IMG/VR virus record: IMGVR_UViG_3300048583_000366
Location: 3,655-67,654 of that record
Source of the DNA: a virus
Strand: one strand, 5' to 3'
DNA length: 64,000 nt
Both the position numbers and the translations under genes were made by a program. Below, piece by piece: positions 16,482 to 25,274 of the stretch; within the stretch, counting starts at the first letter, position 1; each line of letters opens with the position of its first letter. The notes under the pieces were generated by a model, which saw only the letters and a list, made by a program, of their open reading frames with translations, was not told where the DNA came from and made no database searches.

Positions 16482-16559
16482 CTAGGCCATTACGGCTTCG
16501 TCCGCTCCTACAAATGCCATAGCATCTTCGAAACTCCAAGTAGAAAGTTCTACGTTGTC
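16482..16559 (-). other. tmRNA tag reading frame (A)DNVELSTWSFEDAMAFVGADEAVMA*
   Basis: A-rich AAAAAACAAAC then resume codon GAC; 25 codons to TAG; resume position inferred. Confidence 0.75.
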
Positions 16560-16663
16560 GTTTGTTTTTTGTACAGATTTAAAGTCATCTAGTACTTCTG
16601 ACTGCATGTGTGATTACCACTCGCATTCCCGTCAAAACCAGGCGGGCCCGTTATGTAAAAGAA

Positions 16664-17053
16664 CTATCTAAATACCTTATTATAGAAAGTATTAAATGCT
16701 ATATTCCAAAAAATACCATAGAAAATTAAATCAGATACTGCTCCTAAGAAATTTGACCAAAAATCACTTTCTATAAAAAGACAGTATAACTGTGAAAATA
16801 TTGGGCTATATACTACTATGGCAAGGATTAAAAAAAATATCATAGTAGATTTAGCTAAATGCCAAGCATCTGGCCTATATTTTGTGTGGGGTAGAAACCC
16901 TACGTATAAATGAGAAACTTCCTTATTCCACCATTTAGGATTTCTGTTTTTAAAGATAGACTTTCTAAAAGCTATACTAGTTTCAACAGAATCCATCAGA
17001 GCATTTGCTATAGCAGCTATTATTATAAAATGAATACTCCACATATCAAACAC
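16664..17053 (-). CDS. Membrane protein (DAWH motif)
   Basis: ANALMD...DAWHLAK with 3 hydrophobic segments. Confidence 0.65.
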   Translation of the reverse strand: MFDMWSIHFIIIAAIANALMDSVETSIAFRKSIFKNRNPKWWNKEVSHLYVGFLPHTKYRPDAWHLAKSTMIFFLILAIVVYSPIFSQLYCLFIESDFWSNFLGAVSDLIFYGIFWNIAFNTFYNKVFR

Positions 17054-17082
17054 ATTTGAAGGGTAAAATTACATCAGTGAAA

Positions 17083-17412
17083 TCAATTCTCCAAATATTT
17101 CTGTGAATATTTCTCCTTAATTTTTTTTATCCCATTTACAGCCAGGGCACAAAGTTCAAAATCTTCATACAATATTAAGGTCTTCATGTTTATCTCTAAC
17201 GCTTTTATAAAATACTGCTCTTCTGATTTTAAAGTTATATTGTGGGTGGGAGTTATAATTTTAGCTATCTCTACATAGGTCTTATCTTCATCCACAGCCT
17301 CGCAAATACCGCTTACTATTTTACTAGATAATTCCCTCTCATACTCCTTCAAGAGATCCTCTAGAGGGGTATCCAGATCATCAACTAGTATTTGGAGTAT
17401 TTTAAAAGCCAT
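17083..17412 (-). CDS. hypothetical protein with UVR-like C-terminus
   Basis: EDFELCA motif. Confidence 0.6.
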   Translation of the reverse strand: MAFKILQILVDDLDTPLEDLLKEYERELSSKIVSGICEAVDEDKTYVEIAKIITPTHNITLKSEEQYFIKALEINMKTLILYEDFELCALAVNGIKKIKEKYSQKYLEN

Positions 17413-17767
17413 ACTTATTCTTTATATGGTATACCCATTTTAAGCTATCTTTAACATCATCCATATTCTGATCCCTCTTCATATTCTCCTCAATCTCCTC
17501 GCACTTTACTATCTCCCTTTCCAGGTTAGGTATATTACCGTTCCAAGTCTCTTTTGCCTGGAAGAATTTTAACCTCTCTTCCAGTCTTTCTTTTAACTTT
17601 GGAATCTGTTTAGATACCTCTTTACGCAGTATTTCGTCTTCAGGGATTCCTGTTAATACTGATGTCAAGTTTGATGCAAAAGTAGATAGTTTAGAGAGCT
17701 TCTGAGAGTCCTCATACCTCTTTAATAACTCATCTGCAGACTGTGATAGATGCGATTGCCTTTTCAT
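17402..17767 (-). CDS. hypothetical coiled-coil protein
   Basis: Packed ORF. Confidence 0.6.
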   Translation of the reverse strand: MKRQSHLSQSADELLKRYEDSQKLSKLSTFASNLTSVLTGIPEDEILRKEVSKQIPKLKERLEERLKFFQAKETWNGNIPNLEREIVKCEEIEENMKRDQNMDDVKDSLKWVYHIKNKYGF

Positions 17768-18459
17768 CTCTTTTTAATTGAAACTATTAAATCATTACCA
17801 AAATCCTCCGGTTTCTCCTCACTCTTATAAATATGTTTATTTTCTAAGTTAACTGAGGATTTTATCTCTTTATCATATATTTTGGGTAGTTCAAGATCTA
17901 TGGGAGTAGTGAAAACTTTGTAATCTTCCATGGCCTCTACTTGCTTCTTTTGAAAAACATCACCTACGTGAAGAAAATAGCAGTTATAACATAGAAATTC
18001 TAAATTTTCTAATTTCCAGTTTTTTTTATTGTTGTCCAGATAGTTTACTATTAATGGAACTTTCTCATCCAAAACTCTCTTCTCTCTGAATTTACAACGG
18101 GAACACTCCTCTTTCATGTACCCCTCAGATATTATCCTACCCTTAATCTCTTTCATAGAGATCATATTGGTATCAACCCTGCCCTCAAGAATATCCAGTA
18201 ACACAGGGCCCCTGGATTTAGTATTAGCATACTTAGGTATACCTAGCCCGGAAGGATTTAGATGTAACTCATAGAGTGATTTGCCTTCCTCATTTTTGAA
18301 TTGAGATGCTATGTTCTTGTAAGTTTTAAAACTAAGTCCAAGGTACCTGGCGGCAGCTTTATTTGACTTAGTATACTTCATAGCACGTTCTACGTCCTGC
18401 CTATCAAGTATTATCTTTCTAGTCGTTCTTTTCTTTTCTGGATTATTGTTTGGTGGCAT
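17764..18459 (-). CDS. HTH plus degenerate HNH-like zinc-binding protein
   Basis: SNKAAARYLGLSFKTYK (HTH); CSRC...NWKLENLEFLCYNC with the usual His residues replaced. Confidence 0.65.
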   Translation of the reverse strand: MPPNNNPEKKRTTRKIILDRQDVERAMKYTKSNKAAARYLGLSFKTYKNIASQFKNEEGKSLYELHLNPSGLGIPKYANTKSRGPVLLDILEGRVDTNMISMKEIKGRIISEGYMKEECSRCKFREKRVLDEKVPLIVNYLDNNKKNWKLENLEFLCYNCYFLHVGDVFQKKQVEAMEDYKVFTTPIDLELPKIYDKEIKSSVNLENKHIYKSEEKPEDFGNDLIVSIKKR

Positions 18460-18871
18460 TTTCTAATCCTTTTAAAAGATTCCATAAATCATCTGTATTA
18501 TCCAGCTTAATAGGGAAGTCAGACTTGTCTCTCAATTCTATCATAGTCCCATCAGCATTGTATCTGTCATACAGGAAAAAATCTATTAACTTTATCTGCT
18601 CTTTTGAGAAAGAGAAGTTAAGAAAAGAATCTATGATCTCAAAAAATATCTTATTGTAATTATTAAGATTCACTCCCAAGGCCTCATCCAGCATACCACT
18701 CCTCTCTTCTGCCTCTACTATTTTACTTATTATAGTGGAAAATAGGGCTTTACGTTGATCAGCTTCAGTTTTCTTACGTCTGCCTAAAGTAATTTTTTGA
18801 CCTAGAATTTTTTCTATAGCTACTTTAACATTCTCTTGGTGCGGTAGTTCTGGATTGAATTCACTTTTCAT
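18443..18871 (-). CDS. hypothetical protein
   Basis: Packed ORF. Confidence 0.65.
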   Translation of the reverse strand: MKSEFNPELPHQENVKVAIEKILGQKITLGRRKKTEADQRKALFSTIISKIVEAEERSGMLDEALGVNLNNYNKIFFEIIDSFLNFSFSKEQIKLIDFFLYDRYNADGTMIELRDKSDFPIKLDNTDDLWNLLKGLENATKQ

Positions 18872-19214
18872 AACTTAAATTTTCTAATAATTCCGAATCT
18901 AGTATGTCCATTAAATCCTTGCATCTCTTACACATCTCATAGTTCTCAATATCTTCTGAGGAAAAAAATTCAACTGCTTTTAATAGACTATTTCTCCATC
19001 TCAACTTATTAAGTACTAGTAAATGTTCCTTATCAAGCATAAAAATCTCAGCATTAGATTTTTTATTTTTAATACCATCTTCCACAGACTCTACCAATGT
19101 TTTAAATACTACCTGCTTAGATTCTTTTGATTCGCACATAGTCTCATAGTCTTTAAAGGATCGGACATTGAAAGTGAGAATCGGTACTACTCTTTTGCTG
19201 CTTTTCCTTTTCAT
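18861..19214 (-). CDS. hypothetical protein with UVR-like C-terminus
   Basis: ENYEMCKRCKDL motif. Confidence 0.6.
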   Translation of the reverse strand: MKRKSSKRVVPILTFNVRSFKDYETMCESKESKQVVFKTLVESVEDGIKNKKSNAEIFMLDKEHLLVLNKLRWRNSLLKAVEFFSSEDIENYEMCKRCKDLMDILDSELLENLSYEK

Positions 19215-19224
19215 CTTTATTTGT

Positions 19225-20142
19225 TTATAGTATTCTCACTGCTTCTAATATTGCTCCAACCATAGACTCTTTTAACTCATCTTTTTTAGCTCCAGGCCTA
19301 GCTGGTCCTTTACCAGTTCTAGCTGGATTCAAGGCTCCTGGCCTAGCTGGTCCTTTTACAGGTTTTTTGGAAGACTGAGGCTCTTGTTTAGTAGATCCTC
19401 CTCCCAGGCCTGGTGAAGATATGCTAGGTTCCTTTTCTGCCTTTTTTGTACCACCTGGTTTACTTGGTTTAGGTGGTTTACTAGCAGGAGGTACTGGTGG
19501 GGTATCTTGATTAAAATCAGCAATAGCGTATATAATATCCAGATGTTTATCTCCGCTTGGATTGAAATCCGCTCTAGGGGGTGTATAAAAAGTTTTAGTC
19601 CCTGCCACTTGCCATTCACCTATTCTGTCCAGCCTAAATAGTTTCCAAGCTGGTACCTTTGTTATAGTCTTACCGGAATCCTGCCACGCCCTTACATACT
19701 TAACTCCCTTCCTTGAACCGAAGCAAACAGGTTTAACACTAGTTCTCCATCCAGGATCTTCTTCTTTATCTCCCTGATAGTATAGTTTTATAATCCTTTT
19801 GTTTACAATGGCATCTGCAATCTGCTTATCCATTCCAGATAACTCTGTCTTTACTACTTTGGCGCTAGAAGTTTGCTTTTCCTTTTCGGCCCTCTTTGCT
19901 GGCTCACTTCCTAATATATTCCAATTAGTTATTTTACCAAGCTCATATCTTTTAAGATCGTCCTCACCTTCCTCAAATGCTATTAAAAAATCTGTCCCAT
20001 TCACATTTTGCACTCTAACAGGTTCTATTTTTAACCAATGCTTATCATAATAGATACTCCTTTTCTTTCCAGAATCTACAAATTTAGTAGCTGTGCTTAT
20101 ATCTATCGGTGCTTCCATGAGCATTGTCAGTAGTGATGTCAT
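19225..20142 (-). CDS. WYL-domain protein (probably tandem WYL) with Pro/Lys-rich tail
   Basis: IKLYYQG...R.SVKPVCFG...YVRAWQ...WKLFRLDRI; N-terminal half shows a degenerate similar pattern. Confidence 0.8.
   Translation of the reverse strand: MTSLLTMLMEAPIDISTATKFVDSGKKRSIYYDKHWLKIEPVRVQNVNGTDFLIAFEEGEDDLKRYELGKITNWNILGSEPAKRAEKEKQTSSAKVVKTELSGMDKQIADAIVNKRIIKLYYQGDKEEDPGWRTSVKPVCFGSRKGVKYVRAWQDSGKTITKVPAWKLFRLDRIGEWQVAGTKTFYTPPRADFNPSGDKHLDIIYAIADFNQDTPPVPPASKPPKPSKPGGTKKAEKEPSISSPGLGGGSTKQEPQSSKKPVKGPARPGALNPARTGKGPARPGAKKDELKESMVGAILEAVRIL
19289..19356. repeat. 23-bp near-perfect direct repeat (x2) encoding GPARPGA
   Basis: gctccaggcctagctggtccttt at 19289 and gctcctggcctagctggtccttt at 19334. 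Confidence 0.8.
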
Positions 20143-20167
20143 CTTCTATAAATATGGTATATACTTG

Positions 20168-21001
20168 TTACACCTCAAGAACAGCTTTGCCGTAGAAATG
20201 ATAATGGCACACTCCAATATCCTTAAACAATATGTTCTTGTGGGAGGGATCCCCTATTGGATAATTTTCAACCAAACTCAGTAATTCTTTGAATTTATCT
20301 AAGATCAAGCAGTGTTTGCTTTTGTCTTTTACAGTTCTTCCTAGATGAGTTTCACAATCAAATTTGATATCAAAAGGTATTTCCCAGGGTTTTATATTCG
20401 GATAGTTCTTCTTAATCTCTGTATAAACACGATGTTTATCGTTAACATCGTTGCCATAAAGCATATCAATATCATTGATGCGCAAAATGAAAAAAGTAGT
20501 TTGAGGAGTCCAAAAATGACTTTCAAAATTTTCATATATTTTAAATAAGTTTTCCTTAGACCCAGCTCTAACTATAGATTCATTGCTAAATCCAGGAAGA
20601 TAATAAAAATCTACCTGTGGGACTTCTGCCAAAAGTAGAGCCTCGGAAACTATAACATCATCCATAGACTTAAATAAATATTCCACTTGAGGTAACTTCC
20701 ACCTTATATGTCTTAGTATAGCTTCCTCCAAGTCTATAGTACCGAACATGTGTCCTCTATTTTCCGGAAGATCTAATATAACTGATTTTGGGACATTCTC
20801 AGACCATATGGTTTTATAGGCCTCTACTATATTGTTGGAAACTGTATCGGTCCTATTTAGGGCCAGGATTACGTAGGGGAACCTGTTTATGGTTGGAAGA
20901 TTGTACTCTAGAAAAAATACTAACTTATCCAGAGATTCTTTTCCGGACACTGTAGCTATGGTTCCAAAACAAGACTCTGGTAGAATATCCTCTAGTTTCA
21001 T
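20168..21001 (-). CDS. Putative GT-A fold glycosyltransferase-like protein
   Basis: ENRGH..G and YLFKSMDDV (DxD-like); last gene of the glycosylation cluster. Confidence 0.45.
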   Translation of the reverse strand: MKLEDILPESCFGTIATVSGKESLDKLVFFLEYNLPTINRFPYVILALNRTDTVSNNIVEAYKTIWSENVPKSVILDLPENRGHMFGTIDLEEAILRHIRWKLPQVEYLFKSMDDVIVSEALLLAEVPQVDFYYLPGFSNESIVRAGSKENLFKIYENFESHFWTPQTTFFILRINDIDMLYGNDVNDKHRVYTEIKKNYPNIKPWEIPFDIKFDCETHLGRTVKDKSKHCLILDKFKELLSLVENYPIGDPSHKNILFKDIGVCHYHFYGKAVLEV

Positions 21002-21816
21002 TATAATTTGATAAAGTGTGGGTATTTTAGCATCAAGTTTCTCACTGTCTCCGGGTATTCTTCAAGTCCTACAAACTTGTACCTTACACCGGGCCTGTTA
21101 AATATATCCTCGCCTCTTTCTAAAGACTTGATAATATGCTCATCAGAAGTTATTTCAGGGTTATTGAATTCTGTATGAGCAAAAGATTGTATTTTAGTTC
21201 GTATTTTTTCTACCCCTCCTAGAAAAGAGAAATGGTACCCACCTGATATTTGCTTATTTGAGTTCCTGGAATTTCTTAAATCTTGAGGAGTGGTTTCTTT
21301 AAAAGTCTTTCCCTGGCATGCTACTGTACCATTCCAATATCTTTCATATCCTATATTTTGGCAGTTCATATAATAGTAATGAAACAGCATTTTAATAGAT
21401 ATTGGGGAAATTATAGGAATATACTCCTTTAAAATTTTAACGGTTTCTGGAAATGGTATCTCATCCAAATCCCCTACTAACACAATGTCTTCATCACTCA
21501 CCATATTGGAAGCATACATAAGAGCATTCCTCTGCTCATTTTCTAGGATCCAGCTACCATTAGAAGGAGTATATGACTTAACATCGTCAAAGGACAACCC
21601 TTCTACCTTTTGATCAACCTGAATCATTATTATCTTATGTTTCCATTTTTTAAATTGCTCTAAGTTCTCTCCTAAGGTGAAAAACTTTTCTTTTCCACTA
21701 TGAGTAAGATTACTTTCTACTATTACATGGTAATCCACCACATCATCCAATAATTCCATCCTAAATTTTAATAAGTCAAGCTCATTAAAAAAAGTAAACA
21801 TATCAAATACTTTCAT
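21001..21816 (-). CDS. Glycosyltransferase family 17 (beta-1,4-GlcNAc-transferase-like)
   Basis: DMFTFFNELDLL..R...VDYHVIVESNLTHSGKEK, ENEQRN, GDLDEIP, GYHFSF, KIQSFAHTE. Confidence 0.88.
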   Translation of the reverse strand: MKVFDMFTFFNELDLLKFRMELLDDVVDYHVIVESNLTHSGKEKFFTLGENLEQFKKWKHKIIMIQVDQKVEGLSFDDVKSYTPSNGSWILENEQRNALMYASNMVSDEDIVLVGDLDEIPFPETVKILKEYIPIISPISIKMLFHYYYMNCQNIGYERYWNGTVACQGKTFKETTPQDLRNSRNSNKQISGGYHFSFLGGVEKIRTKIQSFAHTEFNNPEITSDEHIIKSLERGEDIFNRPGVRYKFVGLEEYPETVRNLMLKYPHFIKL

Positions 21817-22532
21817 CTATCCATTCTTGAGTGTGTGAATAATCCTTCTCCATGAGCTACTATAAATGGCTGTTCTTGCCACCAACCATCTATTTTTCCT
21901 TCAAGTTCTATCCCTTCCCCGGCAAATGGAGATATCTGTTCAAGGTAGAAATGAGTTTTATACATGCATGGGTTATTAGTATGGTTAGCATACTTAGAAG
22001 TAGCTGCATATAATCCTGTATCAGGATCTTTCCATATTAACCCAGGGAACTGTTGATCTGGATTTTCAACCCAATGACAGCACTCAAATAAATGCTTAGG
22101 ACTAGCCATCTCTCTTCCCTTATATTGCTGAGTGTATAAAGGTTCACCCGGGTTTCTACGATGTCTATATTTAACAGCGTCAGCCGTTCTTGCACTAAGC
22201 ATCTCTAGTCCCTGGTTAAGTCTACCATAAGTGGCCCCTATATCCTCTATATTAACCCAATCATTTTCAAGAAATAGGATATTATCTGCTAAAGCAGTCT
22301 GAGCAAGTCTAGTAAAAGCTTTCCCTATCCCCACATTAGTTTCACTGAGAATAGCATGCACTTTATATAATTCAGCTATAGACCTGTCCATCTCATTACC
22401 CTCCTGAAAGAATATTCGGACATCTTTTACCATAGTCAATAGACCTGACTTTTTATAAGACTCCATGGTATTTATAAGAGTCAAAGGAGATTTCCAGGAT
22501 AGGATACCTATAGTTAAATTAAGCTCTTGCAT
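21813..22532 (-). CDS. GT-A (GT2-like) glycosyltransferase
   Basis: IGILSWK, NVGIGKAF, ILFLENDW. Confidence 0.72.
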   Translation of the reverse strand: MQELNLTIGILSWKSPLTLINTMESYKKSGLLTMVKDVRIFFQEGNEMDRSIAELYKVHAILSETNVGIGKAFTRLAQTALADNILFLENDWVNIEDIGATYGRLNQGLEMLSARTADAVKYRHRRNPGEPLYTQQYKGREMASPKHLFECCHWVENPDQQFPGLIWKDPDTGLYAATSKYANHTNNPCMYKTHFYLEQISPFAGEGIELEGKIDGWWQEQPFIVAHGEGLFTHSRMDR

Positions 22533-23109
22533 ATAGTTCGAAAAATTGTTCGTAAGAAATTACACCTAACCATTCTTTATGGTTTGCTTGATAGCTTTCC
22601 CAATTTAAATTATCCATGGTTGGAGAAGTTAACTCTTGCTTGCCTGGGCGTACTATTGCACATCCACAATCATGATCCACAGTTCTTATTTCTAAATCTG
22701 CTCTATCGCTTTTTAAATCAACAATAGCCTTCCAGACATCTCCCATCCAAGGTCCTCCATGATCATCCCTGGCCTGTACTCTTTCGGTATCCGGCATACA
22801 GTCATGAACCACTATAGTACCGCCTTTCTTAAGATGACTCAGAGAGTTTATAATATCTCTATACACTTGCTCCCTGTGATGAAGACCATCTACAAAAACA
22901 ATGTCGTATAGAACATCTGCAGGTAATTGCTCAAAAAAAGCATCAGAAGTCATAACATAATCACACCTATTCCTAGGAGCAGGGTCCACTGCTGTTTTAT
23001 TTGGAGTCTTTATTTTTGCACAACAGGATTCGTAATCCTGAACTCCAACTTCTAAATAATCTTTGTACCCATTCTGGTCTACTAAGTAATTAATAATATC
23101 CCATCTCAT
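22519..23109 (-). CDS. Class I SAM-dependent methyltransferase (Methyltransf_24-like)
   Basis: YLEVGV, VDP, SDAFF, DIVFVDGLH, GGTIVVHD. Confidence 0.9.
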   Translation of the reverse strand: MRWDIINYLVDQNGYKDYLEVGVQDYESCCAKIKTPNKTAVDPAPRNRCDYVMTSDAFFEQLPADVLYDIVFVDGLHHREQVYRDIINSLSHLKKGGTIVVHDCMPDTERVQARDDHGGPWMGDVWKAIVDLKSDRADLEIRTVDHDCGCAIVRPGKQELTSPTMDNLNWESYQANHKEWLGVISYEQFFELYARA

Positions 23110-23110
23110 A

Positions 23111-23770
23111 TTAGTCTGTTTTATATTTTGTGTCGTAAATTACAGCGTCTGCATTTTTTATCTTATCAAATATTGGATCATTTGATGTAGTGCTCATTTT
23201 AGTCTGTATAGGAAATATGAATACTCCATTAGCTCTTCCAGACCTTCTATTCTCATGAAATATATAATCATCTCCTGCCCATATAAGTAAATCATCAGGT
23301 ATTTCCGGATAGTTCTTTTTAGCCATAACCATAATAATCCCAAACCCCCAACACCTTATAGGTATGGGAGATACTTGAAAATCCTTAACAGTGAATCTTT
23401 GTGGAGTTTCCATTTCTTGAATAAGGGGATGATACGCTCCCACTACTCCAATATTATCAAAGTCCACATAATGCATTTGAGAGAATATACCGTCAGGTAT
23501 GGTGATATCGTCATTTAATATGGCTACGTACTCCTGGGTGCTTAAAGATACTCCAAGATTCCAAGCCGGGTTTACGAAGATATTCTTCCCCTGGTTATAT
23601 ATTTTCAATTTTAAGGAGATGGGTATATCTGGAATATCAGTATCAGTGCTATTATTTATTATAATAACTTCAGCTACTGAATCATCTTCATAGAGATTTT
23701 TGAGTAGCTTGCTAGTAACATCTAAGCACCTGAACATTGTTGGAATTATTACTGAAAACTTTCTCTCCAC
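23111..23770 (-). CDS. Glycosyltransferase family 2
   Basis: FSVIIPT, EVIIINN, NPAWNLG, ILNDDI. Confidence 0.88.
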   Translation of the reverse strand: MERKFSVIIPTMFRCLDVTSKLLKNLYEDDSVAEVIIINNSTDTDIPDIPISLKLKIYNQGKNIFVNPAWNLGVSLSTQEYVAILNDDITIPDGIFSQMHYVDFDNIGVVGAYHPLIQEMETPQRFTVKDFQVSPIPIRCWGFGIIMVMAKKNYPEIPDDLLIWAGDDYIFHENRRSGRANGVFIFPIQTKMSTTSNDPIFDKIKNADAVIYDTKYKTD

Positions 23771-24681
23771 TCTTTATAATTTTCTATTATAGTGTCAACT
23801 CTCTGAACTTGGGTGTGGTTAGCTAATACCTTTCTATATCCGTTAGTAGCTATTGTTTCTCTTTCCTCTTTTCCTTCTTTACAAAGATAGTAATTTATCT
23901 TAGATATACAATCAGCGATATTGTCGTAGTAAACTATATCCTTTCCTTCTTCAAATAAGTCATCTATGCGAGTATCAGAACTTAATCTATCGGTTAATAC
24001 CATTCTATCACAAGCCATCCCTTCAAAAATTCTTCTGGTTATTTCTCCCCATCTGCTGTTCTGTAATACTATTTTTCCGTTATTTAAAAACGCTCCGTAC
24101 CTTGTTCCCATTAACCCATTCATGTTTATAAACTTATGTGGCATGCAATAAGATAGATTATCCATAAAAGTAGAACCTCCTCTGCCTCTGGTAGATCTAA
24201 CAGGTGGGTATTCATCATGACCTAAATATACATTATGTATACCTGTATCTGCGAAATGGTTCATCCATAAACAATTGTAACCAGCGGCATTATACTTTTC
24301 TGAAGAAACATAATCAGGTGTTAATAGAAGATCGTAATTTTCACAACAAGGCAAATGCTTAAAATAATTTTGAGGAGTATCACCATTCTCCCTTACCAAG
24401 AAAGTTTTATTGTAATTTAAAAATGACTTAATACCTTTTGGAATATCTATTCCTTTCCAATCCATTGTTATTACTATATCAAAGAAAGGTTTCATCATAT
24501 CTCTAAGGTCCTCAGCTAAATGGTACCTACTAACATTCCACCCCCTATTCTTAAACTCTGTCATTAAAGAATGAGGAGTTGACCAGGACTCTGATCCATA
24601 CTCATATACAAAAGCTATATTATAATTCGAATTTTGCATCAAAAGATTTATTTCTGTTGTAATCGAATCTCTTATACCCAA
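23749..24681 (-). CDS. GT-B glycosyltransferase (CgeB/Glyco_trans_1_2-like)
   Basis: KIVLQ...RRIFEGMAC...LTD...LFEEGKDIVYY...ERETIATNGY..VL..HT...R. Confidence 0.85.
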   Translation of the reverse strand: MGIRDSITTEINLLMQNSNYNIAFVYEYGSESWSTPHSLMTEFKNRGWNVSRYHLAEDLRDMMKPFFDIVITMDWKGIDIPKGIKSFLNYNKTFLVRENGDTPQNYFKHLPCCENYDLLLTPDYVSSEKYNAAGYNCLWMNHFADTGIHNVYLGHDEYPPVRSTRGRGGSTFMDNLSYCMPHKFINMNGLMGTRYGAFLNNGKIVLQNSRWGEITRRIFEGMACDRMVLTDRLSSDTRIDDLFEEGKDIVYYDNIADCISKINYYLCKEGKEERETIATNGYRKVLANHTQVQRVDTIIENYKEWRESFQ

Positions 24682-25273
24682 GACTGAACAAATACTCTAT
24701 CATCTCAACTTCGTATCCCCACAAAGGATGATCATTAGTAATCCCTACTTCCATTAGTATTTTAGATGGCAAATGATTTTTAAAAAACTCCCTGGCCCCT
24801 AGAATAACTAAGTACTCAGATTGTTCTACATCTATCTTAATTACATCTGGAGGAGGTATACGTCCATGCTTAATTACGCTATTTAATGTCATACCCGTAA
24901 CTAGCTCTTTGCTACCATAATCCAAAATGGATGATATAGTATTCCACCCTCTGTTATCCGTATCTACAGACATAGTTATTACTCCATCTTCCGATGATAA
25001 TGCTGCATTAAAAATTTGAACAGTAGAAGTGCATTCCTTAAATTTCTCTACTGCAGCATTGTAATACATGGTTATTGGCTCAAACATTACCAGATGAATA
25101 TCGGGTCTCTTCTCTATAACCTTTTTAGAAAGTAGTCCGGTATTAGCGCCAATATCATATAGAACTCCATCTTTAGGAGTATTCTCTATCAAGTAATTTA
25201 TATTATCCACTAAAGATGGATATAACCTATCTTCCCAAGCTTGAAACTGATTCAGATTACGAAATTGATCCAT
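24620..25273 (-). CDS. FkbM family methyltransferase
   Basis: YDIGANTG, FEP, NAALS, IKIDVEQSE. Confidence 0.9.
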   Translation of the reverse strand: MDQFRNLNQFQAWEDRLYPSLVDNINYLIENTPKDGVLYDIGANTGLLSKKVIEKRPDIHLVMFEPITMYYNAAVEKFKECTSTVQIFNAALSSEDGVITMSVDTDNRGWNTISSILDYGSKELVTGMTLNSVIKHGRIPPPDVIKIDVEQSEYLVILGAREFFKNHLPSKILMEVGITNDHPLWGYEVEMIEYLFSLGYKRFDYNRNKSFDAKFEL

Positions 25274-25274
25274 A

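Larger units (their letters stand above)
15892..16649 (-). ncRNA. ssrA: tmRNA, two exons (16146-16649 and 15892-15909)
   Basis: 5' GGGCCCG-CCTGGTTTTGAC; 3' GGAC-GTGGG-TT|CGACT-CCCAC-CGGGTCC-A; G3.U70 alanine identity pair; internal tag ORF. Confidence 0.93.

Noticed and set aside
15807-16485. Plus-strand ORFs 15807-16028 and 16291-16485 as intron-encoded or other proteins
   Set aside because: Antisense shadows of the tmRNA and intron; no LAGLIDADG, GIY-YIG or HNH motifs.
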